Source: a virus (Duplodnaviria > Heunggongvirae > Uroviricota > Caudoviricetes). Taken from it: DNA of 34,489 nt. Under the pieces are notes generated by a model, which saw nothing but the letters and a program-made list of their open reading frames with translations, was not told the origin of the DNA and did no database searches. This document shows, piece by piece, positions 25,828-34,060 of the stretch (position 1 is the first letter of the stretch; every line of letters starts with the position of its first letter). The position numbers were made by a program, and so were the translations under genes. The stretch spans positions 1-34,489 of the IMG/VR virus record IMGVR_UViG_2671180921_000023; one strand, given 5' to 3'.

Positions 25828-28600
25828 TTCCGCTGGTCAGGCCACCCCGCAGCAGGTCTGCTTTGCGGCTGGCGCGTTCAGTGGTTTCACTGATTCTCTG
25901 TGCGTGCTCTGCGTCGCGGATGGCGCGCAGCATGTCAGAAAGCACGGTAACGGGTGTTTTCATGGTGTTCTGGTCCTGCTGAAGTGTGGATGCCAGGCGT
26001 GCGGCGGCTTCAGGGTCTGATGCCCCCAGCTGTGCCAGATAGCTGGCGACCGGGTTATGGCGGATCTCCGTGCTGCTTACGCCATGATTACGGCTCAGGC
26101 GCTGCCAGAGCTGCGTGATTCGGCTGTCCGGGCGGGTATCCGGTTTGCGTACAATTTCAAATCCCTGCGGTGCAATGATGCTGCCGTCAACGTACAGACT
26201 GCCGCCCCGTAACAGGTGCTGCATCTGTTGTTCACCGATATGCAGGCCGAGAGATTCAGCAGACTCCCGCCATTCTTTAGCGAGTAATTCGTGGTTATCA
26301 GGCAAAGGCCGCTGCTGTTTGCGGCTCTGTGTCCAGCTCTGCATTTCATCACTGCTGTTTTTTGCCTGTTTGTCACGAAGCGAACGCATCAGCGCCCGGC
26401 GTTCGTGCCGTTTCAGTGAGCGCATCCATTCGTTCACTTCAACGCCGTCAGGGAGCTGCGGCCACGGTGCTGGCCGTTCTTCCGGCTGTTCTGTCCCGTT
26501 GTTGTCCGTTTCCTGTACACGGGGACAGTTATTGCCACGAGTCCAAGGGGCGGCAGGGCCGCCCTGAAGGTCAAAACCATTTTCGCGGGAGCTGTCTTCC
26601 GCTTCCGGTTTACGTCTTACCAGCTTCCAGTTATCCGGGTGCGTGCACACACGGGAGGATTCCCCGATGAGTGGTGACCAGATCCCGTAAATCTGTACAC
26701 TCTGTTCGCCGTAATCGTTCAGCTCATCTGCGAGGTCGTAGGCGGTGCGAATCAGGTAGTCTTTACGTGGAACAAGTACTCCGCCCTGTTTCTCAATGTA
26801 GGTGGCAAAACATCCGGCATCAGCGGCAGCAAGAACCGCATCCATTGCGTCATCCTTCAGCCGTTGTGGGCCTTCCGGGTTGCGTGCCATCTGGCTGGCA
26901 AGGCGGCGCAGTTCACGCCATACCTGACGGGAGGGGATACCAAAGAACTGGAACTGGCGGACCCGGTGAAGGCGCGCCCAGCCGATGGCGCGCTCCACGC
27001 TCTCGGCCATTGATTTTCCGGTTTCGTGGTCAACGCGTGGCTTGCCCGTTTTCGGGTCGATGCCATCCACGGCGCGGCTATCCAGGTTCTTTCCGATGTA
27101 GGTGGCGATGTAGCTGGTTGGCGTGCCTTTCGAACCGTCGACGTACTCTGCCTTAAAGCGCGGAGTAATATCATTGCCCAGCTCGTGGCGGTCTTCCTGA
27201 ATGGCAATATCGCAGACGTGGGACACGATGGTTTCAATCTCGTCCGGATGTGCAAAGACCATCATATGCCAGTGCACCGTGCCGTCATGGTGAGGCTCCA
27301 CCGTGCGGATGCCATACCAGCGCAGACCGTCGCGGTTCAGTTTTTTGCGGACCGCCGCAAAAAACGTGTTAACCAGGTAATCGCTGGAGTCGCGCATGGT
27401 GGCTCCGTTCCATTTGGGGTTCGGATGACCGTTCTCCGTTGTTGCGTGGTATTTTGACGGGCAGGTGACAGTCAGAAACACCGCTCTGTCGCCACGGGCT
27501 TCGGCCAGAAGTTCCAGCCCCTTCATGGTGGCCATCATTTCTGCCTTACGGTGAACCGGGTTACTTACTCCCGCGTAATACACTGTCTCGAGATCAATCG
27601 TGAACCCGTCTTCATTTTCCAGCATGAAACTTTTCAGGAAATCGCGTGTTTTCTCGCGCTGTGCGCGAAACTCGCTTAACGCGTCCTGGCTCAGATAGGG
27701 TGATGTTTTTCTGGAAACCAGACAGGCGGCGCGGAGTTGTTCTTCTCTCCACTCGCAACGTAACAGCCACAGTTTGCGTTTCCACCATTCCGCACAGGTC
27801 AGGCGAAGGATTGCGCCCGGCAGCAGCTCCGTGTCCGGTTCGTTCCTCCGGTCTTTGTCTGTTGTCAGTGCGTCATAATGTGGAGGCATGGCGTGCAGGT
27901 GTAACGCCATGCGGGCCAGCATCTGATACGCCTTCAGCGTTACATCCATGGTCAGTTCGCCATCAGTAGCGCCAAAGCCATCGCAGAGTTTTTCGAAGGT
28001 GCTGCTGAACATCGCCGCCGTCATGGTGGCCAGCGTCTGTATCTGGTGTTTGTTGAGCTGCGGCAGGTAAAGCAAATCGTCCAGGCGTTCGCGTCCGGCA
28101 AGGGAGCGATAACCCGGTGTCAGCCAGCGGTGATCGGTGCGGTCCAGACGTTCGAATATTTTGCGCAGGGTTCCGCGCGCGTAGCGTTCAGCCTGCCAGC
28201 TCTTTTTGCCTTTCTGGCGATCGGCTTCCTGTTTTTTGCGCAGGAAAGAGAGGTGGCGGCTCAGAGGTTCACGCAGATAAACGGGAAGCACCTTCAGTGT
28301 GGCAAAAGCACGGGCCACCGGGTCTTGTTCTGTTGCCTGACGCTTGCTGATGATGCTTTGTGCCAGCTTTTCACGCTGTCCGGCTTCCTCAAGGGATGCC
28401 ATGAGTTTTTTACCCATGGCGGATTGTGCGAAAAAGGCTTCCTCCTTCGCTTCCTGTTCTTCCTGGGCCTTTTTGTCTGCCTCAAGGTAGTAACGGATGG
28501 CGCGTTGCAGGTCGGTTTCAGTTTCCTGCCTGCACTCCGTAAATCTGGCCGGATCAATGGCTGGCCGCGGTTCATTCCAGCTCCATGCAAACTCACTCAT
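25760..28600 (-). CDS. A: Replication initiation protein gpA (rolling-circle HUH endonuclease)
   Basis: About 946 aa, P2 gpA-like with HUH motif (VHWHMMVF). Start at ATG 28600 overlaps the upstream stop (ATGA coupling). Confidence 0.85.
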   Translation of the reverse strand: MSEFAWSWNEPRPAIDPARFTECRQETETDLQRAIRYYLEADKKAQEEQEAKEEAFFAQSAMGKKLMASLEEAGQREKLAQSIISKRQATEQDPVARAFATLKVLPVYLREPLSRHLSFLRKKQEADRQKGKKSWQAERYARGTLRKIFERLDRTDHRWLTPGYRSLAGRERLDDLLYLPQLNKHQIQTLATMTAAMFSSTFEKLCDGFGATDGELTMDVTLKAYQMLARMALHLHAMPPHYDALTTDKDRRNEPDTELLPGAILRLTCAEWWKRKLWLLRCEWREEQLRAACLVSRKTSPYLSQDALSEFRAQREKTRDFLKSFMLENEDGFTIDLETVYYAGVSNPVHRKAEMMATMKGLELLAEARGDRAVFLTVTCPSKYHATTENGHPNPKWNGATMRDSSDYLVNTFFAAVRKKLNRDGLRWYGIRTVEPHHDGTVHWHMMVFAHPDEIETIVSHVCDIAIQEDRHELGNDITPRFKAEYVDGSKGTPTSYIATYIGKNLDSRAVDGIDPKTGKPRVDHETGKSMAESVERAIGWARLHRVRQFQFFGIPSRQVWRELRRLASQMARNPEGPQRLKDDAMDAVLAAADAGCFATYIEKQGGVLVPRKDYLIRTAYDLADELNDYGEQSVQIYGIWSPLIGESSRVCTHPDNWKLVRRKPEAEDSSRENGFDLQGGPAAPWTRGNNCPRVQETDNNGTEQPEERPAPWPQLPDGVEVNEWMRSLKRHERRALMRSLRDKQAKNSSDEMQSWTQSRKQQRPLPDNHELLAKEWRESAESLGLHIGEQQMQHLLRGGSLYVDGSIIAPQGFEIVRKPDTRPDSRITQLWQRLSRNHGVSSTEIRHNPVASYLAQLGASDPEAAARLASTLQQDQNTMKTPVTVLSDMLRAIRDAEHAQRISETTERASRKADLLRGGLTSGNKKQTETGLTNPVNEQKTRSDI

Positions 28601-29016
28601 GGCTGGTATCCCGTCACGCGCTGCCACTCCTGCGAGAAGAGGGTGGAAAGGCGGTTAAACTCAGCGGTGTATTCACTCAGCGAGGCACACCCGCCAGCAG
28701 TGTGATGCGCCAGCATTGCCGCAAATACGGAGGCCGGGGAGTCGTAATACGCCAGCAGTGATTCGCCGTGTGGTGTCAGGCAGTGCAACGCCAGCCCGTG
28801 TGGTGTCAGGCAGTGCAACGCCAGCCCGTGTGGTGTGAAGTCCACGCGGTAGCAGTCGTCTACTGTGAAATAAAGGGTGTCCGCATTCTCCGGTTTTGTG
28901 GTGCGTGCTCTGTTGTCACGACCGCGGATGTAGAGATCAAATAATCCCTGAAGAACGGGAGCCAGACGGGTGTCCTGTGTGCGCACCCATCTTGTGAAGT
29001 CATGAGCGTCAATCAT
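28597..29016 (-). CDS. Hypothetical early protein (139 aa) with an internal in-frame tandem duplication
   Basis: Protein repeat TPHGLALHCL x2 plus a partial third, encoded by a perfect 30-bp tandem repeat; translationally coupled to A. Confidence 0.5.
   Translation of the reverse strand: MIDAHDFTRWVRTQDTRLAPVLQGLFDLYIRGRDNRARTTKPENADTLYFTVDDCYRVDFTPHGLALHCLTPHGLALHCLTPHGESLLAYYDSPASVFAAMLAHHTAGGCASLSEYTAEFNRLSTLFSQEWQRVTGYQP
28767..28836. repeat. Perfect 30-bp tandem direct repeat (2 full copies plus a 10-bp partial) inside a CDS
   Basis: cgtgtggtgtcaggcagtgcaacgccagcc repeated at 28767-28796 and 28797-28826, then cgtgtggtgt. Confidence 0.9.
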
Positions 29017-29088
29017 GCTGCAATTCTCTTTACTACAGATGTGCGAAGGCCTCCCGCCGCAAGGTGCAGGAAAGGCCCGGAACAGGAA

Positions 29089-29319
29089 TTAATGGAGTTT
29101 GTTTTGCTGCTGGATGAGATCCTGAAGAGACAGGAGGTCTTCCGCCAGATAGCTGAATACAGCGGCGCAGTAGTCGGCTGAAATAGTGCTGTTGAGTCTG
29201 TGCAATGTGTTGGATTGCATGATAAAAGCGATGTGTGCAGCGCGGGTGAGTCTGCGGTTGATTTCAGTCTGGATGTGACGACGCTCCGCGATAGCGCGGT
29301 GCTGTTTGCGGTTTGCCAT
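29089..29319 (-). CDS. Hypothetical early protein (76 aa)
   Basis: Helical-looking basic small ORF; preferred over the overlapping low-complexity 205-aa ORF in another frame. Confidence 0.4.
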   Translation of the reverse strand: MANRKQHRAIAERRHIQTEINRRLTRAAHIAFIMQSNTLHRLNSTISADYCAAVFSYLAEDLLSLQDLIQQQNKLH

Positions 29320-29496
29320 GATGTGGCCTCTTTGGTTGTAAGTTTTGAAAACTCACCATCCAGAGCTGCGAAACTGTGGGTGGCGAGACGTACGAGGTTC
29401 GCAGTACCGGCAACCAAAGAACCCGGCCCGACCGAAGTCGGCCCCGTACGTCCCGCCATAATTCGTGTGCGAAAAAGACGTGGCAATACAGTACGC

Positions 29497-29520
29497 ACAA
29501 AAAAACCGCTGGCGCGGTTG
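29497..29520 (-). terminator. Putative intrinsic terminator/attenuator inside the early operon
   Basis: Minus-strand hairpin aaccgc-gcca-gcggtt followed by 7 T; lies in a 320-bp non-coding gap. Confidence 0.35.
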
Positions 29521-29639
29521 TGTGCTTTGGTTGTCAGCAGGCTGCGAAACCCGGCATCCGTTTTATGAGATGCAGCGGAAATGTAACCTGACTGATTGCG
29601 GCATGGCAAGCGGTTTTTTTGTGTGTACATAGTGGTTAC

Positions 29640-30191
29640 TCAGTCCGGTAGTAGTTCGCAAAGCACGGTATCAGCGGCGGTATATCGTGCGTAAAGCCTG
29701 GCGGGGACCCATCTTTTAAGGGATATCCCGGTCGTGTCCCGGATGTGCTTCCTGATTTCGCTGAATGTCATCCCCTTCTCATCACGCAGTTCAGTTACCA
29801 GCTCCACCAGGTGATCGCTGTATCTGGTTCTGTGGTGGAGTTCCCCGTATTTCCTGAACCGATACCCTCTTTTTCTCAGGTTCAGTTCTACCGTGGATGG
29901 CGAGCGCCCCAGCTCATTCGCGAGTTCCCGGATGGTTTTTGTGTGGCGATTCCTGATGAGCATGCTGAGTTCTTTTGTACTCAGTGGAGTTTGTTTGGCG
30001 TGAATAATCCCCTGAGAGAGCAAAAGACGGATGCGGCTTCGTATTGCTGACTCGGTTCTCTGAAAGTGCTTTGTCAGCTCCGGCGCTGTGTGGGAGTGGT
30101 ATAACGTGGCTAAAAGTTCATCCTCCTGCTGTGTCCATGGCTTTACATGTGCCGGAGCCACACCAGGCGTACCCATTGGTTTGAGTTTCAT
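29640..30191 (-). CDS. Multi-helix-turn-helix DNA-binding early protein (183 aa)
   Basis: Three HTH-like segments (for example LSTKELSMLIRNRHTKTIRELANELGRSPSTV); function unknown, possibly replication or regulation. Confidence 0.5.
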   Translation of the reverse strand: MKLKPMGTPGVAPAHVKPWTQQEDELLATLYHSHTAPELTKHFQRTESAIRSRIRLLLSQGIIHAKQTPLSTKELSMLIRNRHTKTIRELANELGRSPSTVELNLRKRGYRFRKYGELHHRTRYSDHLVELVTELRDEKGMTFSEIRKHIRDTTGISLKRWVPARLYARYTAADTVLCELLPD

Positions 30192-30205
30192 TGTGATTTA
30201 CTCCC

Positions 30206-30505
30206 TTACTGGTTAAGGAAAAAATCGAAAACGTTGTCGATGCGTTGCAGCAGCTCCTGCTGCATCGCTTCCGGCGTTTCTGATTCACCTGGTGACTCCA
30301 GCGGTGCGCAGAAATCCTTGATTTCATGATGGAGCGTCAGGCGAATGGCAGGAGCCATGGTTCTGGCGTGCTCCAGCTCATCCAGAAGCGCCAGCACGGC
30401 AGACGGCGAGAGCATTGCGCAAAACGCCAGTAATTTTTGATGTGTTGCCATTCGTTGCAGGTCAGTCGCCAGTTCGCGTAATTTCTGGTGGTTGATGGTG
30501 CTCAT
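30206..30505 (-). CDS. Hypothetical early protein (99 aa)
   Basis: Contains PSAVLALLDE, shared with the 179-aa accessory protein; 4-nt overlap with the upstream gene. Confidence 0.45.
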   Translation of the reverse strand: MSTINHQKLRELATDLQRMATHQKLLAFCAMLSPSAVLALLDELEHARTMAPAIRLTLHHEIKDFCAPLESPGESETPEAMQQELLQRIDNVFDFFLNQ

Positions 30506-30741
30506 GCTCTGGCTTCCTTCAGTAGCTGGTTAAACATGTGGGTTAGTGGGTTGCCACACCCGAACGGCAGCGTGTTCACCTCGTAGCAAAACTCCGATGC
30601 GCGTTCTTTCCTGTTAACGTGACCATCGCTCCAGAGTTGGCGTAGCCCTCTAGTGATAACTTGTTTTGGCATATTCAATGCGGCTGCAATCTCGCTACTG
30701 GTGCATCCCGGATGGGCTGCGATGTAGTCCAGAATGGTCAT
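30502..30741 (-). CDS. Small winged-helix-like DNA-binding protein (79 aa)
   Basis: MTILDYIAAHPGCTSSEIAAALNMPKQVITRGLRQL resembles a wH/HTH recognition module. Confidence 0.45.
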   Translation of the reverse strand: MTILDYIAAHPGCTSSEIAAALNMPKQVITRGLRQLWSDGHVNRKERASEFCYEVNTLPFGCGNPLTHMFNQLLKEARA

Positions 30742-30941
30742 CTGCGTGGCTCCTGTACCTGTCGGATAAGATTCACCCGTGCCACGTTGGTGGCGCAGAA
30801 GTAAGTGCCGTCAGTGAGATAGATGTGATGTGCATCCTTTTCTGAACGGTGTTTGTCGATTGTGGTAATCAGGCGTTCGTCAACTTCGTATTCACGTCCT
30901 CTGGAGGTGAAACGAACGACAGGAAAATGCTTAATTGCCAT
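30738..30941 (-). CDS. Hypothetical early protein (67 aa)
   Basis: Start at ATG 30941 with AGGAGG RBS; the ORF-track start at 30992 is less likely. Confidence 0.45.
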   Translation of the reverse strand: MAIKHFPVVRFTSRGREYEVDERLITTIDKHRSEKDAHHIYLTDGTYFCATNVARVNLIRQVQEPRR

Positions 30942-31027
30942 TACGCCTCCTGGGGGTGTGCGAATACCTCCGCGAATGCGGATTTTTTTCACATTTTCTT
31001 ATTTAAACTGGTGTTTTATTGGCGCTG

Positions 31028-31141
31028 TTATTCGCCAGTGAAAAAACGTTCAATCTTTTTCACGGAATCAATAATTCGCACAATGCCAATGGCGCAGAAC
31101 ACCGAAATAACCAGGACAAGCCAGGATATAAATATACTCAT
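31028..31141 (-). CDS. Putative 37-aa single-pass membrane peptide, translationally coupled to the upstream gene
   Basis: Hand translation: MSIFISWLVLVISVFCAIGIVRIIDSVKKIERFFTGE. ATGA overlap with the stop of the 80-aa gene. Below the ORF-track size cutoff. Confidence 0.35.
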   Translation of the reverse strand: MSIFISWLVLVISVFCAIGIVRIIDSVKKIERFFTGE

Positions 31142-31380
31142 GCGATATTCCCCAGTGTGTACGGCTTAATATAATCCCCGTTTTCTGCGGCGCAGACGAG
31201 TTCGGAAAGTTCGTCGAGTGCATCGAAATCGTCAGCGTAAAAAGCTGCGTCGTACAGACTCCTGATGGCTCTGGTCAATGACTCGCGGGCTGCACGTTCA
31301 GCATGAACCCCTGATGCGCTTAAACGAAAATAAAAACGCTCAAGAGCTTTGTTGATGAGGGTTTTGTATTCTGTACCCAT
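31138..31380 (-). CDS. Hypothetical early protein (80 aa)
   Basis: Acidic helical small ORF in the early operon. Confidence 0.45.
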   Translation of the reverse strand: MGTEYKTLINKALERFYFRLSASGVHAERAARESLTRAIRSLYDAAFYADDFDALDELSELVCAAENGDYIKPYTLGNIA

Positions 31381-31401
31381 CTGGCGTTATCCCGAAAATA
31401 A

Positions 31402-31659
31402 TTAAAGAAGATGCTCGATTGATTTACCGGATTTAATCTGTTCAATCATTTCGTTAATCATGAAGAACGGTGGATAATCATTTGCGACTGCGGCAACCTC
31501 TCTTAATGACTCCAGTCCGTTAATCAGTTGGCGTTTTGCTTTGGCTGGACTTCTTTCTCCGTTAAGCATTTTGAAAGCGCAGTGCGTGACTACTCGATGA
31601 GCAAGACATCGGTAGACCGCCTCCGGTGTTGCTTTTTCGCCTGTTGTTGAGGCTGTCAT
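31402..31659 (-). CDS. Hypothetical early protein (85 aa)
   Basis: Small ORF in the early operon; no recognised domain. Confidence 0.45.
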   Translation of the reverse strand: MTASTTGEKATPEAVYRCLAHRVVTHCAFKMLNGERSPAKAKRQLINGLESLREVAAVANDYPPFFMINEMIEQIKSGKSIEHLL

Positions 31660-31662
31660 TGG

Positions 31663-32013
31663 TCAATGGCTCCACGGGTGCTGAAAACTACGGCCTGCAA
31701 TTAAGCGGTCAACGGTGCGCAGTGCTTCGTATAATGTGAAATCCTGTCCGAACTGATTGTCGCCGTTGCTCAGTGCAAAAATGCGGTTTCCGGTAAACGG
31801 ATTACGTGGGCATTTGTGGACCACGATTCCAGCTTTCTCAATCAGCCAGGCATGTTCGCCGATTTGTTTTACAACGTGACCATCTGGTGTCGCGTGTGTA
31901 TTGCTCAGGCTGTAGCGGATGCTATTGCGCGATGCGCTGGTAGCGAAACGGTTGGTGTGGCGTTTCGTTCCGTTGTGGAAGCGCTGCTGTGAAGAATTGC
32001 GCCGTTCTTTCAT
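31663..32013 (-). CDS. Hypothetical early protein (up to 116 aa; start uncertain)
   Basis: ORF in the early operon directly after the cox-like gene. Confidence 0.4.
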   Translation of the reverse strand: MKERRNSSQQRFHNGTKRHTNRFATSASRNSIRYSLSNTHATPDGHVVKQIGEHAWLIEKAGIVVHKCPRNPFTGNRIFALSNGDNQFGQDFTLYEALRTVDRLIAGRSFQHPWSH

Positions 32014-32050
32014 ATCAAAATACTCCGCCTAAAATGAATTATTGTTTGAG

Positions 32051-32476
32051 TTATGCTGCTTTACCGCTGATATTTCTGTTTCGCCTGCCACTTGTTGGCT
32101 TAAATAAAAACAGACGGTTTTCCCAGTCGTGCCATTCCTGAGGTGCGTTTTCGATGAGTCGATCGCATGCTTCATCCCACGCTTTTCTGTTGATGTAGAG
32201 TTCAGCGTTTCCGCCTGGTTTGAGAGGGTCCGCCATATACACCGCAGGTAGCTTTCCTGCTTTGGCCATGCTTACGATGGCGTCAACGGTCTTTCCGATA
32301 TATATCGCAAATCCTTCTTTTGACAGGAGATGCGAGGGATTTTCTGAAAGTCGAATTTCTTCACGTTCACGTGCTTTGCGTCCTGTTTTTTGATGCTCCC
32401 CTTCTGGCATTTTTGGCTGGTGATCGCATCGTGTTTCGCAAAGTGACTCAGGCGCGTTTTGAGTGCTTTCTTGCAT
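32051..32476 (-). CDS. cox: Cox-like early regulator/excision directionality factor (start uncertain; likely shorter than the 141-aa ORF)
   Basis: First gene of the operon divergent from C; C-terminal part (KEGFAIYIGKTVDAIVSMAKAGKLPAV) resembles the Cox HTH family. Confidence 0.5.
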   Translation of the reverse strand: MQESTQNAPESLCETRCDHQPKMPEGEHQKTGRKAREREEIRLSENPSHLLSKEGFAIYIGKTVDAIVSMAKAGKLPAVYMADPLKPGGNAELYINRKAWDEACDRLIENAPQEWHDWENRLFLFKPTSGRRNRNISGKAA

Positions 32477-32505
32477 CTGATATCCTCCGCCATTGGTGCT
32501 TTCTT

Positions 32506-32533
32506 CTAACTAGCACCATTTAGAACTAGTTAG
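32506..32533. promoter_or_regulatory. Candidate operator in the C/cox divergent promoter region
   Basis: Perfect inverted repeat CTAACTAG-N12-CTAGTTAG, with internal direct repeats of AACTAG. Confidence 0.45.
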
Positions 32534-32584
32534 CGCAATCCATCGTGTGTTAATTGATGCATAAACCAAGTGAGTTAACTTACT

Positions 32585-32884
32585 ATGTCAACTACCGTAG
32601 CTATGAAAATTCGCATCATGCGGAAGTCAGAAATGCTTACGCAAGAAAAAATGGCAGAGATTACTGGGCTTACTCTTGCTGCATTAAGGCAATATGAGCA
32701 AGGACGAAATGAACCCAACCTTGAGTCAACAAAAAAGCTTCTGAAAGCTCCCATGTTCCGTAAGTACCGCGACTGGTTTCTGTTTGATGAAGTTGACCCC
32801 AAGGCCGGGCAGGTTGTGCCGGCTCTCGCACACATTGGGCAAGGCGAAGCGGAATTATCCCGCTCCGGCAAGAAAACTGGTTAA
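32585..32884 (+). CDS. C: P2 C-type immunity repressor
   Basis: 99 aa; IMRKSE ... PALAH ... GQ ... SGKKTG pattern and length match P2 C; position upstream of int. Confidence 0.8.
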   Translation: MSTTVAMKIRIMRKSEMLTQEKMAEITGLTLAALRQYEQGRNEPNLESTKKLLKAPMFRKYRDWFLFDEVDPKAGQVVPALAHIGQGEAELSRSGKKTG

Positions 32885-32950
32885 CGGTTCACCAGGCATT
32901 TTTTTCCCAGAGCTGTGATCAAGATGATGTTTTCATTGGAGGGCTTCCTT

Positions 32951-33946
32951 ATGTCGATTAAGAAGCTCGCTAATGGCAAATTTTGTGTGGACGTGCGGCC
33001 TGCTGGATCGGAAGGAAAGAGATTCAGACGGCGATTTGATACTCGTGGTGAGGCTGTTTTGTATGAGCGTCATGTATTGCAGCATTACCACGACAAAGAC
33101 TGGGTTGATAAGCCAACAGAACGGCGCTCGCTGAGGGAGTTGCTGGATTGTTGGTGGCTATACCACGGGAAAAATCATCCTTACGGTGCGATGGAGCGAG
33201 TGCGTATTTCTGCGGTCATTAGTGATCTTGAAAGTATTAATGTTACACGCAGTGACCAACTTACTCGTAAGAACATAATTAATTATCGCTTATTGCTGCT
33301 TAACCGCGGAATAAAACAATCCACGGTTAATCGTTATTGTGCAATGATGAGTGGTTTCTTCACAAAACTAATTGACGCAGAGGAATATTCTGGGGCTAAT
33401 CCGTTTCATGATGTAAAAAAACTTAATATCAAACAGCCTGAAATGGCTTATTTGTATCATGAAGATATTCCACGATTACTGGAGTTGTTATCTGGTGATG
33501 AATTAAAAGCCGTCTTGTTGTGTCTGGCAACAGGTGGAAGATGGAGTGAGGTTGCAAATATCAAGGGGGAGCATGTTATTAGCGGCAAAGTCATTTTTAT
33601 GGAAACCAAAAATGGGAAGCGTCGCGTTATACCTATATCGTCAGAACTGGAGTGCATGATTAAAACAAAGGCCACTGGTCGTTTAATTTATCCAAGTTAT
33701 GCAGCTGTCAGAGCTGCTATCAGAAAGGTGAGGCCCGATCTTCCTGAAGGGCAGTCGATACATGTTTTACGGCATACCTTTGCCACTCACTTCATGATTA
33801 ATGGTGGGAATATCATCACTTTGCAGAGAATACTTGGACATAGCACTATTCAGCAGACGATGACTTATGCCCATTTTGCACCGGATTATCTACAGGATGC
33901 TGTGCGCTTTAATCCTGTGGCTGAGTTGTCCAGATATTGCCCATAA
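32951..33946 (+). CDS. int: Tyrosine integrase (P2 Int-like)
   Basis: Start at ATG 32951 (MSIKKLANGKF) with GGAGGG RBS; catalytic R ... HVLRHTF ... GHSTIQQTMTYAH signature. Confidence 0.9.
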   Translation: MSIKKLANGKFCVDVRPAGSEGKRFRRRFDTRGEAVLYERHVLQHYHDKDWVDKPTERRSLRELLDCWWLYHGKNHPYGAMERVRISAVISDLESINVTRSDQLTRKNIINYRLLLLNRGIKQSTVNRYCAMMSGFFTKLIDAEEYSGANPFHDVKKLNIKQPEMAYLYHEDIPRLLELLSGDELKAVLLCLATGGRWSEVANIKGEHVISGKVIFMETKNGKRRVIPISSELECMIKTKATGRLIYPSYAAVRAAIRKVRPDLPEGQSIHVLRHTFATHFMINGGNIITLQRILGHSTIQQTMTYAHFAPDYLQDAVRFNPVAELSRYCP

Positions 33947-34008
33947 AATAGGACTAAATAAGCCGACTTAAGACTATGTGTATTGATGTAACTAATTGAT
34001 ATATCAAA

Positions 34009-34060
34009 GGGAGGCCAGTGTGCTCGGCCTCCTTCATGTCACCTTCGGGTGGCGTTGTTT
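34009..34060 (+). terminator. Two hairpins after int (the second followed by a T-rich run); terminator and/or att-proximal structure
   Basis: gggaggcc-loop-ggcctcc at 34009-34032; caccttcgggtg at 34040-34051 followed by gcgttgtttta. Confidence 0.4.

Larger units (their letters stand above)
956..33946. mobile_element. Integrated P2-like (peduovirus-type) prophage; ends approximate, att core not identified
   Basis: Contiguous P2-type modules: ogr, D, FI, FII, E/E', T, U, G, H, I, J, W, V, S, R, lysis, X, L, M, N, O, P, Q, accessory genes, A, early operon, cox, C, int. Chromosomal-type chpS lies immediately beyond int. Confidence 0.85.

Noticed and set aside
28767-28836. 30-bp tandem repeat as a CRISPR-like or minisatellite array
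   Set aside because: Only 2.3 copies, no spacers, entirely in-frame within a CDS; it is an intragenic duplication. No CRISPR arrays seen anywhere in the window.
29013-29630. 205-aa minus-strand ORF spanning the early-operon gap
   Set aside because: Ser/Thr-rich low-complexity translation, overlaps the better-looking 76-aa ORF in another frame, and covers a region with terminator-like hairpins; judged non-coding.
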